Shown here in pieces: positions 27,129 through 42,594 of a stretch of 64,000 nucleotides of DNA. The stretch is taken from contig ADNK01000966.1 in the NCBI GenBank assembly GCA_000320545.1, positions 1 through 64,000 on the forward strand. Direction: 5' to 3'. The notes below the pieces were generated by a model. That model saw nothing but the letters and a program-made list of their open reading frames with translations, was not told the DNA's origin and did not search any database. Made by a program: the position numbers and the translations under genes. The stretch comes from Bigelowiella natans CCMP2755. Its lineage: Eukaryota > Protista > Cercozoa. Positions within the stretch are counted from its first letter, which is position 1, and each line of letters starts with the position of its first letter.

Positions 27129-29379
27129 ATGATGGTTCTGCTCGTTACGGTGTTGCTGAAGGTGGTGTTCACGGCGGTGGCGAGCGGCCTCACGGGTACT
27201 TGTTTTCTATCACACGGTTCTCCATTTCTTGAGCAGAATATCAATGACTCCTTCCTTCGGTGGTTTCAGTGTTGGCCTTGGTGACTTTAGTCCACAGGCC
27301 CCGGAAGAGGAAAAGAGGTATTATCGCTGTGCAATATCATCACCAGCATACCCCTATCAACCAATCACTACCATTTTCACATCATCAAACCTATAATCGG
27401 ATAAATGTTGTGTTGTGTTGCGAAGGGGATGACGAATCAGCCCTAACACTCCGTGAACGGTAACCATAGCTACGCTCTCTTCTTCGCATCGTCTTTTGTT
27501 GACAAGGCTTTCATGCGTTCAGGCTCAAGCGCGAGAGAGCCCGTACGATGGCCGTAGAAAGGGTATGATTGATGATGATGGAGATGATGATGATGATGAT
27601 TTTCACGGAATTCTTGCAGCAAGTTTCTGAGCTTTTGCTTGTGGTCATGTCACGCAGGAGCTCCAGTTCATCTCGGAGTACATCATACGCGATTTCATCG
27701 AGTACTGGTACGACGATATGTCCGACAACCAGGAGTTCGGAAACAACATTCGATGGCTGCTCGAGGTATTTAACTTCGGCCTCCACTCTCCCCCCCCCCC
27801 CCCCTCCTCTCCCCTATGATTACGTAATGGTGGTTTGTCTACTCACAGCAATTGGTGTACCTCTCGATGTCACGGGTGTTGAGGGTTGACTGGACGGCGT
27901 TGTTCTGTCGGAAAGTTGTTTCGACTATCGGGTGAGGAGTGTGCTCCTTTTCTGTCTGCCAGTTTTGTCTTTGCATTAAAAAATAAACGGAGAGAAAAAG
28001 AAGCGAACCAACGAGTAGAGTGTATGTGTGCAAGTGGTTTGTGCGTGCAATCGTATGTAGTCTCTTCGTCCACGCATCTTCAAGGTTTTATTTGCAGAGG
28101 ATTCATGTAGAAGTGGTGTGGTAGGCACTACTCTCCCCCCTTCCATAAACACTTAATTCTACAATTATTAGGGATATGCTCCTAATTTACAACAAGGCTT
28201 CCTCAATCGACGTTCTGGGCGACACACATCGTCTGCCCCCGGGTTGTCCTCCTTCATTTAACACTAATATCAACTTTCCTGAACACTTGCGTGCCAATAT
28301 ACTGAAGTTCCTTTGGCGTGTCTTCTGCTGCCGCCACTTACTGCCTTGACGATGTTTTTGTTTGGTCGCTCGTCTTCTTCCAGGGGACAAGAGGCGTGTT
28401 GCTAAGGTGGAGGCCTATCTGAAAGAGAACTACACCTTTCACGATGCGATCGAGAATCAGGTAGGAGAAGTGCACCCGACAAAGTTATTGGTGGCGCTCA
28501 TTGGTTGTGTTTCAACATCTTGATGATCTTTCTTTCCTGCTCTATGCCAAAGGGACCATTCCTCCGCGACTTCTCCGAAGCGCTCATTGGCGGCCTGCTA
28601 CAGCCTCAGGATTACAGCTGTAACACCTTCCAGTCTTTCATTCGCGAGCTCATGGCGACAAAGGTGGTAGTAGCTGCAAGTAGCAGCAAGTAGTTGGTAG
28701 TCGTAGTAGTGAAAGGTGTTCGTTAGATTATAAACGGCCGCGCCCTCAGACCCCCCCTCTCTCTCCATCGTATGTGTTATTATCAATTAATAACATACAT
28801 GCACATAATCATTACCCCCTGCTAGCTGCTGAGCTCCGTGACAGCCTATGCCAATCCCTACTGGGTGAACTACGGACTGTGGTGCCTCCCCGACCTCCGG
28901 GCAAGAGCCACCGCTGGAAACAACAACAACGGCGGCGACAACGACGCTGCCGAGCCGTACATCGGGCCTGGATACGGCCGGTCGGACGCACAGAAGGCGG
29001 CGGACAGGAAGCTGGAGGACAGGCTCGAGGCGTGGGAGACGGAGAAGAGCAAGCGGATGCACGATATGGAGGCGATGATGGAGGCCACGTTCGACCTGAA
29101 CAGGCACAACCTTGCCTTTGATGCGATGTGGGACCTCAAGATCGAGGGGATCCGCCGACTTGCGGAGCCGAAGCCATTCGTTTGCTACGAGATCTGCGTG
29201 AGGAATGGGGAGTACACGTGGCATCTCAATAAGCGCTATAGCGACTTCAAGCAGCTCCACACGCGCCTGAAGCGTCTCTGTCCAGGTAATCCCCCCCCCC
29301 CCCCCCCTCTCCTCTCTCTCTCCCACTCACACTTACACTCACATCTGTACGCGAAACAGTATGGGGTAGACACGCAAGC

Positions 29380-29412
<33 letters not shown>

Positions 29413-29702
29413 TGAACATAGCCGCGTAATCTAATCGGTGTTGGTTCATTGGAATCAACCAACAGGATTTAGCGTGAAGCTCCCAGGACAACACGTGTTC
29501 TCAAACAACATGAATGTGCGCTTCATCCAAAAGCGCCGCCGTGACCTACAGATCTATCTCCAGCAGCTGGTGAGTAAGCAGAGAGGCACTTGTTCTTGCC
29601 TATTTTGTCACGCAAATTGTTTAGAAGCTGCAGGGGGCAGATCCGACGTTTCTTCACATTCTAGCGGCGCCATCTCATCATTATCATCCTCGTCACCATA
29701 AG

Positions 29703-29742
<40 letters not shown>

Positions 29743-30740
29743 GTTGTTGTTGTTGCTGTTGTGATGGCCAGGTATGGGACCGGCACGTGTCGGAGAGCCA
29801 GATCTTCCTTGAGTTCCTAGTGGATCGAAAGCAGAACATTCAAGCGACAAGGTTGTTATTATTTAACTGCCAACTGTTTTTCATTACAAGCGGCATCTTC
29901 TCTATCTTGCCTACGACTCTACTGCTGACGCTGCGACCCCCCCCCCTCTCTCTCTATCTCTATCTTCTTCTACCATTATCTGACGCACAGGAAAGGACAT
30001 ATGAGCTCCCTGCCGGGAGGAATGACCATGACACGCAGGGTCCAGCCAACTCAAGGCCCAAGGTTCATTACAAATAAAAGGAAGAGAGAAGGGGGGGGGG
30101 GGGGGGGGGGGGATTATATAACCTTATTGGTTCATTCATGTCACTATTTCGTGGTTTCACCTTCATTTTTGTTGGAAAGCAGCAGCGCAGGAAGCTATGC
30201 GGAGGGTGCTCCTCAAAGGGGTACGTGCAGTCTCCCCCCCCCAACCATGTTATTGCATATCAACGTCGCCGTGACTTCGTTGACTCGTCAAACCTGAAAT
30301 ATTTACACACTGTTTCTCTTCAGGTACCTCGAAGACGATGCACGTCAAGTTCAACGGAGGCAGCGGCGGGGGCGGCGTCTCTTCCTCGTCCTCATCGTCG
30401 TCCACAGCAACCACAGCTGCTAGAAGCTTTAAGAAGATCATCTTCAGGGGAATGAATAAAGGTGTCTTCGGATGCTCCCTTTCACACAGCAACGGCAGTA
30501 GTAGGAGTAGAAGCGGCAATAGTAGTTGATGGTCCACCGTGGGGACGAGGGAGGGATTTGGGGGGGGGACAAAGGATAGGTCTTGCGGCTGCGCATGGTT
30601 ATTTCATATTTGATGTATGTTACAGTAGAAGCCCCCCTCCTCTCCTCACAGTTGTATCCATTATACCACTTGACGTCGCCTCCTCCTCCTACTCACTTCT
30701 TCTTCATTTGCTTTGCTGCTTACGTGAAATCATCATCATC

Positions 30741-30775
<35 letters not shown>

Positions 30776-32615
30776 ATCAATCATCCTCCTTCTCCTTCTC
30801 CTCCTCCTCCTCCCCATCATCATCATCCCGTAATTCAGTGACCAGTTTTTGGCCAAAGAAGAAGAAGAAGCGGCGCACCAACACCTTTTCCCTTCCACGC
30901 GGGGGCTTGCAAAGGCAGCAGCACCATCTCTCCCGCCAGGACAACAAAACAACAGCTGCATTAGCACCAGCAGCGCCCGCATCATCCCCCCCCACTCCCG
31001 CCCCCACATCTAGCCGCCCAGGGAGGAGGGAGAGAGCTGATGCAAAGCCGAAGCACTCATCCTCCTCCTCACCCACCTCCCGCGGTCCTCGCAGCAATTT
31101 CGCGCGTGCGCGGTTGGGAGGAGAGAGCAAGTCCCAAAGGAAAAGCAAACAGCAGCAGGCGCATGACACAGAGCAGGCGAAGAAGAGCAGAGAGGTCACA
31201 CGTTCTTCTAACCACGATTTCTTGCCGCGCATTCGTTGATTCTCATCAAAAGTATTTTTTGCGAGCATCATCATTATCTCCTCCTCCTCCTCCTCCTCCT
31301 CCTTCTTCTTCTTCTTCTTCTTCTTCTTCTTCGAGCAAATACGTGGCGACGTCTGAGAACCTGCAGCGTCGCTCACGAACATACCCGCTTGCCCAATCAG
31401 TGCTAATCTCCCTGATATGCGCTACTCTTACAGGTTGGGGAGGACTTGCTGCGCTTCTCAGAGAAGATCATTGCTCTAGATGAACACGGTGCTAGTAATG
31501 GGCATAGTGATGATAATAGGGGGGGAAATGAGAGAACCGATGTTTTCATTCTATATGCTATTGAGCCAGCGCCAGCCGCCTTATAAACCTCGCTATTCTG
31601 ATATGTGGATGATGTGTGTCCCAACATCAGCCATATTCGGCCACGTAATGACGATGCTAGTTGCAAAGCATAACAGCTACGAGTTCCTCGGTAGCATCGC
31701 ACTAGATGGGGCAAAGGGGCTCTTGGTTGCTCCCAACATGCAGGTGATGATAAGAGCGTGTGTGCGTATGTTCCATCCTTCCAAAGCGGTGGCGGTGGTA
31801 AACAACAACAGTCATCGTATCCTCTTCCTATGCTCACGCAAGATGAGCGATAGGGGATTAACGAAATGTAGGCGATTTCCCCCATTATCCCCCTACACAG
31901 TTTCGTCGTCGTCTCACCAGCCTCCTGCACACGGAGAGATTGTAGCTTTTCTTGCATAACCGCAAGCGAGAAGAGCGCTGCTTGTTTTCCCGTCTGCTCT
32001 GGCTGATGTGTTGTTGTTGTTGTTGTTGTTGTTGATATCCTCAGTGGATCATTCGGTTCATTCGGGAGTATACGTGGCCTGAAGGGAAGGCATTCGAGGC
32101 TGGCAGGGCTGCCACCGACGGTAGCAGTAGTATTTAAAGTGATCGATGTGCGCTTTTATTTGAACTAGTAGATTCACTGATAGAGTTCGGAGAATCATTC
32201 GTATTGACATTCTCCACTGATTGTGCAGAGGAGATCGCAGAGGCTAGGAGGGAGGCGAAGAAGCGTATTCATATCTTCGTTGCTGGTCTTCCTCTCGCTG
32301 CAAGGCTCATCCTAACGCCCATGATCGTGGATAGAATTTTTGAGTTCCTCCAAATAGAGGTAGGCAGAAGATCACCTCCACCTCCTCGGAGTAGTAAGTA
32401 TCTTCTGGACGCCGCATCGAGCGCGCGCAGTTGATGATGCAGACGGCAACGATTGGGAATACATTTGAGCGTGGTGTTCGCAGACAATATTCAGAAATCG
32501 TCGATTTTTGTGTTTCTACTCCTCCTAGGTACTCTTGAAGCACGTGCTGTTCATCCTGCTCGAAGATGTATTGCTGGAGCTATTTCCCGAACTGAAGGCT
32601 ACTAGCGCCAGGTAG
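27129..32615 (+). CDS. PXA-PX-PXC sorting nexin (SNX13/14/19/25, Mdm1 family)
   Basis: N-terminal hydrophobic segment MMVLLVTVLLKVVFTAVASG; PXA ELQFISEYIIRDFIEYWYDDMSDNQEF..FIRELMATK..ANPYWVN; PX KRYSDFKQLHTRLK..LPGQH..FIQKRRRDLQIYLQQL; C-terminal RIFEFLQIEVLLKHVLFILLEDVLLELFPEL. Stop at 32613-32615. Confidence 0.85.
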
Positions 32616-33794
32616 CATCCCCCCCCCCCTTCCTCCTCACAGAAGCAAATGAACAATAATCAAAACTTCACACAAAAACGCGATGAATGGTATGTGGCGA
32701 GGTGTTATAATGTCCCTCGTACGCGTATTAATATGATACGGATAGGCGCTGTAAGTGTGTGTGTGTGTACACGTATTTTGCACAGCTTTAGTGTGGGGGA
32801 TGTCCCCCCAAGTCGATCATTCTTGATATTGTGATTCTCAGGTCTCGAAAGCGATGATTCCCGGCGGTCAGCTGTCGTTTATAGCATCTTTCATTTTCGT
32901 CAGGAACGACGCCACGTACAAGTATGCGTTTGTCGTTCATCATGTTCGCTTGCAGCGCATACAACGCCATGGCTAGATGCACGCACGTATAAAAAGTATA
33001 AAAATAGAACAGGAAATGTAAACCACTTCACTTATTAGTCGTAGTTCGAAGCGAAATGGGCGTTTTGCTGGCCAGCTGGTGCTACAGGCTGTAGTGGCCT
33101 CGTCGCTGTGCACAGCCTGTTGGCAGAAAGCCCCGCTCCCATCACAATGCAGAGAATGAGTTACTAATTAGCTTGCGACAGCGCATATAATAGCTGCGTC
33201 TATTATACTGCCTGCTTGCATGCTAGAGCACTAGAATAGCCGTATCGCACAGGCCTAAGGTACATGTATGCATATATAAGGACAGCATTCGCGGCCGCCA
33301 GCTACATGCACACTATGGTTTTGTGGCGAATAGTTTCTATAGGTAGGTTTCGATCTGCCCATTATATATAATGGATGATATTAGTGGATGACAATTGAAA
33401 AAATGTAAGCATTTCATTACAGCTAAGATTGACTTGCGATGAGAAGGAAACACAGCACTTATCTAATCTAGTCATATTGTATATACGAGCGAGCGATAAG
33501 TATAGCAGGAATTACCAGATATATGCGACACGTGCACTGATACAAGCTATATATGTAATAATAATGATGCAATGCAGGATGATTGTAACTTATACGCGCG
33601 CCGCCAACAGCATATATCCAGATATGTAACTAGCGTGTGAGCATGATATCAGTATGCAGCATAAACACATAAAAGTAGAAGCAAGCAAGTGCATTTTTAC
33701 CCCGACTTCTTCCGGTCGGCCTCGCTTACGCCGCATGTTGATATTGCTTACATGTCCATTAATTAGTCCTAGTTGCTTCAGCCGGTTTGGTATT

Positions 33795-34874
33795 CTAGCC
33801 ATTGCTGTGATTATTCACTCCATCATCCATATGCGTTGCAAAAGCTCTGTTTTCATCGGCGTGGTCGTTATCTTCTTCGTTTGAAAGAGCGTGCAACGGA
33901 GGTGGTGCTGGAGGCTCCTCATCGTCATCATCCATGTTCGGATACGTTTTCTGACTTTTTTGGTGTGCTGATTTGGGAGGGGGGCCCGGAGGCCAAATTC
34001 CTGTCTCAGCATCTTTCATATCGGCTTCACGCAGATGCTCTGTGGGGGGGGGTACTTGGTCCCTCCCCCCCACCTCAGCTTCGCGGCGTTCAAGTCGATT
34101 GTCCAAGCTCTGAACCCGGGCATAGAGCTTATCCCAAACGATGCGAACAGCGTGGTCAATTTTCTGGAAGATCTCGTCTACCTCTTCGGGAGAGCGCATT
34201 TCGTCTATGTCAAGGCCTCTGCAGCGACGGAGCCAGAGCTTGGCGTTCTCAATTCGTTCCTCCGTCTGCGAGATCCGCTCGGACCAGTACATCTTTTCCA
34301 CGTCAAGCTTGTTCAGGTCGTATCTCCTTTCATTATGCTCCAAGCGCACCTTCTGCTCCAAGGTAGCGACCTTAATTTCAAGGTCATCCTTCTCGGTCTG
34401 GAGCTTCTTTGCCAGTTTCTTACAGATCTCGTATTGGCGTGTGATTTCCTCTTCCTCCCCCTGTTCGTTTTCGCTTTCGTCCCGCTCTCTAAAGCTCTTG
34501 TCCCTCGAGTTGTCGCGGTCACGATGTCTAGAATGTCGCCGATGAATTCTCCCTCCAGAAATTTTCTGGCGGCTGGAGCTGCGGCTGCGCCTGTAACGCT
34601 TCTTACTCGACCTAGCTCTAGCACCACCTCCCTCCAAACTCTTTAAGTCCCGGAAAGAGTCCTTCCGCAGTGCGATTTGATCTACCCTCCGGTGACTATC
34701 TATGGTCGGGTCCGACAGGGATGGGTGACAGTATAGAGATCTTTCTTGCATAATTGAGCAACCGACGAGTGCGCGGGCCTTCTCCGATTTCACAGAGGTT
34801 ATTGTCGCTATCACAAGTACTGCGCTCACCACCACGCCAATGGCGGCCAGTGCATACCGTTTCGCAGGTCTCAT
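33795..34874 (-). CDS. Intronless 359-aa protein: N-terminal signal/TM segment, basic RS region, coiled coil, acidic tail
   Basis: Long ORF with ATG start, hydrophobic stretch YALAAIGVVVSAVLVIATIT, heptad-rich middle and D/E-rich end. No family recognised. Confidence 0.75.
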   Translation of the reverse strand: MRPAKRYALAAIGVVVSAVLVIATITSVKSEKARALVGCSIMQERSLYCHPSLSDPTIDSHRRVDQIALRKDSFRDLKSLEGGGARARSSKKRYRRSRSSSRQKISGGRIHRRHSRHRDRDNSRDKSFRERDESENEQGEEEEITRQYEICKKLAKKLQTEKDDLEIKVATLEQKVRLEHNERRYDLNKLDVEKMYWSERISQTEERIENAKLWLRRCRGLDIDEMRSPEEVDEIFQKIDHAVRIVWDKLYARVQSLDNRLERREAEVGGRDQVPPPTEHLREADMKDAETGIWPPGPPPKSAHQKSQKTYPNMDDDDEEPPAPPPLHALSNEEDNDHADENRAFATHMDDGVNNHSNG

Positions 34875-35606
34875 GGTGCATTGTGGGGGGTTAGGGGTTG
34901 GATTTTCTCTCCATCGCCATTTTACTACGCCCAGTTGCTGCTGCTCCCCCGATACGATCTACAATCAAGGGGCGGAGCTCTCCCCCTCGCTCATCATCGT
35001 TAAGATCAGGTTCTGAATCTGAGAGAAGGTCTTGATTTCAGCTTGCGACGGTTTGGTCTGCGGTCTATCGCTATAATCGCATGGGTATTCATATCTGCGA
35101 CATGATATTATCATCTGACGCAGGCCCGACATCCCATGTTCAGCCGAACGACTTTCCTCGATCTTGATTCCTCGCGGCTCTTCCTCCGAGCCGAGAGTCT
35201 CCTGTCGTCTCGGCACCGGGCGGCCTTTTTAGGGCAAGAAGGGGCCTGTGATTTGGATGTTTCCGGGTAAATAAGGGTGATTTTATCTTTGCGACACGAT
35301 AATTTGATGCAAAAAAAGCGGACATTCTCCAGCGTATACGTCGTTTGTCACGCACCCCCTCCTAGACGGCTTATTGGATTCGGAAAGGTAAAGAGCGAGA
35401 GAACGAAAAAATTCTTCCCACAAGTGTGTGTGTCTGCAGCCTTGTCAATGGGGCCCATCATTGTTTCTTGTACGGATTTAGTAGCATCCTTGGCCATCGT
35501 GCTGCATCTATGTGTGTACAGCCAAAAAGAGACAACGGCTACACCTGCCAACGACAATTCTTTGATTGTTTAATGGCGTCTAAATGTATTCATCTTTTAT
35601 CATAGA

Positions 35607-37276
<1,670 letters not shown>

Positions 37277-37859
37277 GAAACGTTGAGATTAACTTGTACA
37301 AATTGCGTCATTATTCTGTGCAGTACCCATTTATGATCGCTGCGCTTGTTTATGCTATATTTGTTCATGCTGTGCGCGGCGTACGCCTGCTCGCTCCGCG
37401 CGCTGTACGAAACCGATCGTCGGCTATATATTGCCATGCTAGCATGTTGCGTTGTGATAACATTAAAATTTTGCATGGTAACCATATAGCTAGATAGCTA
37501 GATAGGGTCGGCGCCGTACATACATGTTTCAATATTTCCCTCACTGTGATCATCAGAGCGGCACCTCTAGACGACCTGCTAACAAATGACTCACACGGCA
37601 CTAGCTAGATGGCGGCGTGCAGAAGCACACATGAAATGTGCAGGCAAAGATGCAGAAGCGTGTACACACACGAGGGTGGAGTAGTCTCGTGCATGATAGC
37701 GAGCACGTCGTAAGCTCATGAGCTAGCTACGTGTGTGTGTATGTACTTACAATTTGTGGACACTTCGTGATTACGTAGGATCACATTGAATGTGAAGTTT
37801 CAGGCTTACTAATCAAAACTTTTAGAGAAAGATTGCTTGCACTTCTGCACGGAGAGTTA

Positions 37860-40241
37860 TCACACTTTCGTTTTCAAACGCTCCATTAATATTTTAAGGT
37901 TACTAGAGTTGTATCTGTCAGGCTCAGCCGATTCAAAATTCTTAATCAGATTGTAAATATCCTTGTACAATTGCTCCTTATTCTCAATGAGTTTCATTAA
38001 GAAGCCCTGGACGGCCTCCTTGCATTCAGAAGGGCTCTCAGGAAATACCATCTTTAAAAATCCAAAGAACTTTGGAGCCTTTTGTGAGCCCTCCGTCTTC
38101 CGCAATAGTGCGGCACATGCTATATCGCATGTAGTTTCGTCGAGGAAAAACCGCTCTAATACTGATGATGCCCATTGACACCTTTGAACATCTAGAAACT
38201 CTACCAGGACGTATCTGATCAATCCCTGAAGAACAGAGCTCCAATCGTTCTTGGATGATTCTTCGAACTTGCGAACCTTTAAGATACTTGCACTTAGGAG
38301 CTGGACATGCACTTCGTCGAGATTTTTATTCTTGTTCTCTAGGAGATCCGCGACAACGGCGTTGGCAATGCCTAATGCTCTCTGGACCGGGAATGATCCG
38401 AGACCCGCTACGGCGCTGTCAGGCTGGCCTGTCCCACACAAATACTTTTGTATATCCTCCGACACAAGCTTCATTTGTGACATGAACATCGCGATAATCC
38501 AGGATGCGTTCGCTTTCTTTCCGGGCAGGCAATCTGCCATCCAGTATATGCAACCCCGAAGAACCATTGGCGATGCCTTCTTCAAAATTCCTTCCATTAT
38601 CTCCTGAAGCTGGGCCTTTTGTTCCTCTTGTTGAATAGAAGTTATCGACGCGCACATTACGTGGAAGATTCCTGCTTGGATTCCCCACCAAGGGTCCTCT
38701 AACAATTTTTGGAGCTCCCCCAACATGTTGAGCGATAGATTTGGAGACTCTTTGCACAAGCTCGCCAGAATTAACAACGCATGAGTGCGCAACTGTTTTG
38801 AGGGAGAACGAAGCCCAAAAGTCACATAAAAGAAGTACACGTCTTGCAGCTCCTTTGAGTGGTATGCGGTTCGATTGGACAAGAGAGCAAAACATTGAAC
38901 TAATGCCGCATTTTCCAAATCCTCTTTCAGAATTTTTAACAGGGCAAGCATATCAGAATTCGAGAAGCAGAACGAAGTCATTATATCTACTATATCTTCC
39001 CTTTTGTTCGGCAAGGTTTTGAAAAGTATGATGACTTTCGGTAACATGTAGTCTTGGAACAGAGTGGCAGTTTCGCCTAATTTAAGAAACAAAACAAATA
39101 GGATTCAGTTCTACGACCAATTTCGACATTATCAGCATCAAAATTTACCTGAATCAATGTCACCACATTTTCTTGCGAAAGTTGTAGTAAAATCTAACAC
39201 GAAACTCGTGGCTTTCGAAGGAGCTCCAGCATATGCCTTGCAGAGAATTCCACTTAATTTCCAAAACTGCTTCGGTTCTTCCATGGCAATCGACACACAC
39301 TGGTCTAGCGCACTATCCAATGCGCTAAAAACTTCGATTACTTCTTTGGGTTTTTTACTCGAGATCGCGTCGCAGAATTCGATAAACGTCATTGATTGTT
39401 TCTCTTCCATATTCAATACTTTGTGGACGATCGGATCAAGGACTTTCGGTATCGTAACTTTGACACCCGTATTGGATATGTCAGAGGTTATTGTCGAAGC
39501 CTTCCGAAGTGCCGAGGATCCTGTGTTCGACACGTTGGCCATTCTTTGAGTTCCTCCTCTCAATTGCGCCATTCCTTCAGTAATGGGTTTCACGTTTACA
39601 GTTTTTAAGAACTGAATTTGTGGTTGCTTAAAGTCATCATGCTGAACTTGCCGGGTCGCAACACGTAACATTCGTTGTGCCATCATCCTATGTTTTGATG
39701 TGTGTGTGTATCTTTCTCTATCTTTCATCCGGTCTTGTCGCAGCTGCATTTGGTGCTGGTCCAGCGCATCTTTCGCGTATCCGGTGTTCGTCAGCTGGTC
39801 GTTTTCTTCGGTTGCCACAGGACCCTTCATTGTATCTTTAACAATCCTACTTGCGGTTGGCTTTGCATAGGCTGGGGTGTCTTCAATCAGCGTTTCAGTA
39901 GGTGCAATACTTCGTTTGGTGAGATGAGCATACAGTTTCTCAATCATCTGTACAGCTGCCATAGCCTGGCAATGCAGGACGGCATGGGCGAGATCTTCAA
40001 GTATAGGGATTTCTCGTTTCTTGAAAATTTTCAATAGCTGCTGCCAATTGTCTTTCCGCCTTGAAATTGCCGTCCCGTTGTCGAAGGAGTGCATGTTTAT
40101 CTCATTCGTGTATTCCTTAAAGCGAGAGAGAATTTCTGCAACAAGAAATCCATTTGCGAAATCCCTTCTGACGTTCCGGACGGAATAGGTTAGATCCAAA
40201 CTCTGGATCCATCTGAGGATCTCCCTGGACGGTACGCTCAT
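37860..40241 (-). CDS. SPATA4/SPEF1-type calponin-homology (CH_2) protein with helical C-terminus, probably flagellar
   Basis: N-terminus SREILRWIQSLDLTYSVRNVRRDFANGFLVAEILSRF..MHSFDNGTAISRRKDNWQQL. Two long ORFs joined by one GT-AG intron (~39078-39148). Confidence 0.85.
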
Positions 40242-41393
40242 GTCTTTCTGTCCTCTCGCCGTCGGGCTGTGATTCCTTGCAGGTCGGGGGGGGATACGAA
40301 GTTGGGATGTGTTATGTACAGATATATTGTTGATGTTTTGCCGATATATTCTTGTCTATCTTGTCACGTTTCAGAGTCTCTGCAGTAGATAATCGGGTAA
40401 GAAGCGTTACTTTAGTAACAACGGCGATGATGAGCCTGACAACAACCTCTACCGTTTTCCTGTCTGCGTTCTTTCTCGGCATTATTGGCTATTTTTTTTT
40501 GCGTGCAATGAAAAACGACTTTCTCTGTTTGTTGTCGCAGTTTATAACTATCCTACGATTCTTCCCACTTCTTTTGCGAAATCGCAAGATGAATTAAATG
40601 ATTGTCGCAGAAGCTAAATCTCAAATGTTTCGTAACAAATGCCTCCGTTCCCATCTCTGCGCCAGCTTGGCAGATAAAGCAGCGCGTCCCATGATCCTTT
40701 CAACCGCTCCAACGAGACACTTTTTTCTTTCTTTCTTTCTGATGGCCGCAATTTTTTTCCCCCATCGTGTCCGATGATCTCTCCAACCAGCCAATTATTA
40801 TAGACAACGTAATACACATCATAGTATACATAATGTGTCACGCACTGTGTGTCCATTGCAATGATCCATTGGAATCACTTCGTAATTTCACTTTGCTGGT
40901 CAATATTTCACGCCCGCCGCCGCTGCTCACTTGTGTTATGCTCGTTGTGCAGCTGATATCACCAGCTAAACGGAGCATGCACCACAAGTCTCCTTTTATT
41001 GTGCATGTCTGTGTTTGTCAAACAAATGAGCTTGGTGAAAGAGCACATAGCTTGAGCCTGCAGGCTGTACGCTCACTGCATGGGCACGCAGTCGCAATTC
41101 GTTCGCATTGTGCAACATACACCATTCTAGCACAAAGCGATAGCATCATTGCGATGCACTCGGCTGTCAGTCGCACATGCACGACATGGCCGATAATCAT
41201 CGCCAAGCTAGCTTCATCTACTTATGCTATTTCCACTTCACCCATTACATGCTTAAAATTGTCATCTATAACTAAACACAATTTCGACGCCTAGTTATTT
41301 ATTATGAAGAAAGGTCATATCATTTTTAACTTCCTCCTTCAAATCACTAGAACAAATCCCACATGGTCAGACTCACTAGATCACTCAATGCCA

Positions 41394-42482
41394 TCATTGC
41401 TTCTTCTCATAAACGGAATCTACCACAATTGTCGTGAATTTTTCTTGCCGATCACGAGCTGAATCGTACAAAATTTCCAATTCTCGAACGATCTCCGCGA
41501 AAACAGGTCGCTCGAAAGGGGACATATGCCAGCACCTTTCAATAAGCTTGGCGTATTTTTGCACCTGAAGAACACAGACACTGTACGTGACGGATCCTAC
41601 CAAACCATTCAATAGCTTCTATGACATCATCCATTCGAAACACAAGTACCATCGACGGCATAACACAGGTATTTTTTGTAAGTGCGGCCACTTTGACTTT
41701 ATGGTATTACTTCCAAATTCGGGTGCGATAGGGGAAGGTTTGGTCGATGGTTGGACAGGACAGCCTCTCGAATATCCGCACTCCTCATTCCATGGTAAGG
41801 CATCTTCCGTGTCAGGATCTCCCACATCACATAGCCAAAGCTGAATACATCTACCGCAAAGCCGTACATGCTCAGCTTTCGCTGTGGCCGTCTCTTTGCA
41901 TCTGCTGCTGCGCCTGTGCGCGGCTTGATCAGACTTTGGAGTAGTTCCGGAGCCTGTAATTGTTGTTGTTGTTGTTCTTGATGATGATGATGATAATGCT
42001 GGTGAGGTTGATGGGGATAATTATGGGGAGAAACTATCAGAGAAGTCATGTCGCTATTCAGAAAGACTGCTTGCTGCTAGTGCTACTGCTGCCTTCTGTG
42101 GTACCATGTATGCGATGGTGCCAACAACGCCTGTCAACATCGAGTCATCATCCTCCTTTTTCAATGAAGAGGAAAACGATTGTATTAATCACCAGAAAGG
42201 TCGAAAATTCAGCTGTAATAACTGTATTTTATTGTGCCATCAAATATCTTCCATTTAGGTCATGGTCAACAACTATTGGCTGCACGAAGGTGGTGGCTTC
42301 GGAAAGAAACAGATGAATGAAATCGCTACTATTGTATGTGTAGTAACGTGTGTGTGGATAGGTCGTATTACCGGCAAAACGTCTTGCTCAAAAGCGTGGA
42401 AGCATTGATTACCCATCAGCAATCGAGATGATCCAAAATCACATACCTGTGGAAGGTAGCAGAATATGGTCTCTCTCTATCT

Positions 42483-42534
<52 letters not shown>

Positions 42535-42559
42535 AATAAATAATTCATTTTATGTGTGC

Positions 42560-42594
<35 letters not shown>

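Noticed and set aside
27511-27786. Minus-strand 91-aa ORF as first exon of the SET gene
   Set aside because: It is the antisense shadow of the plus-strand PXA exon (IIRDFIEYWY).
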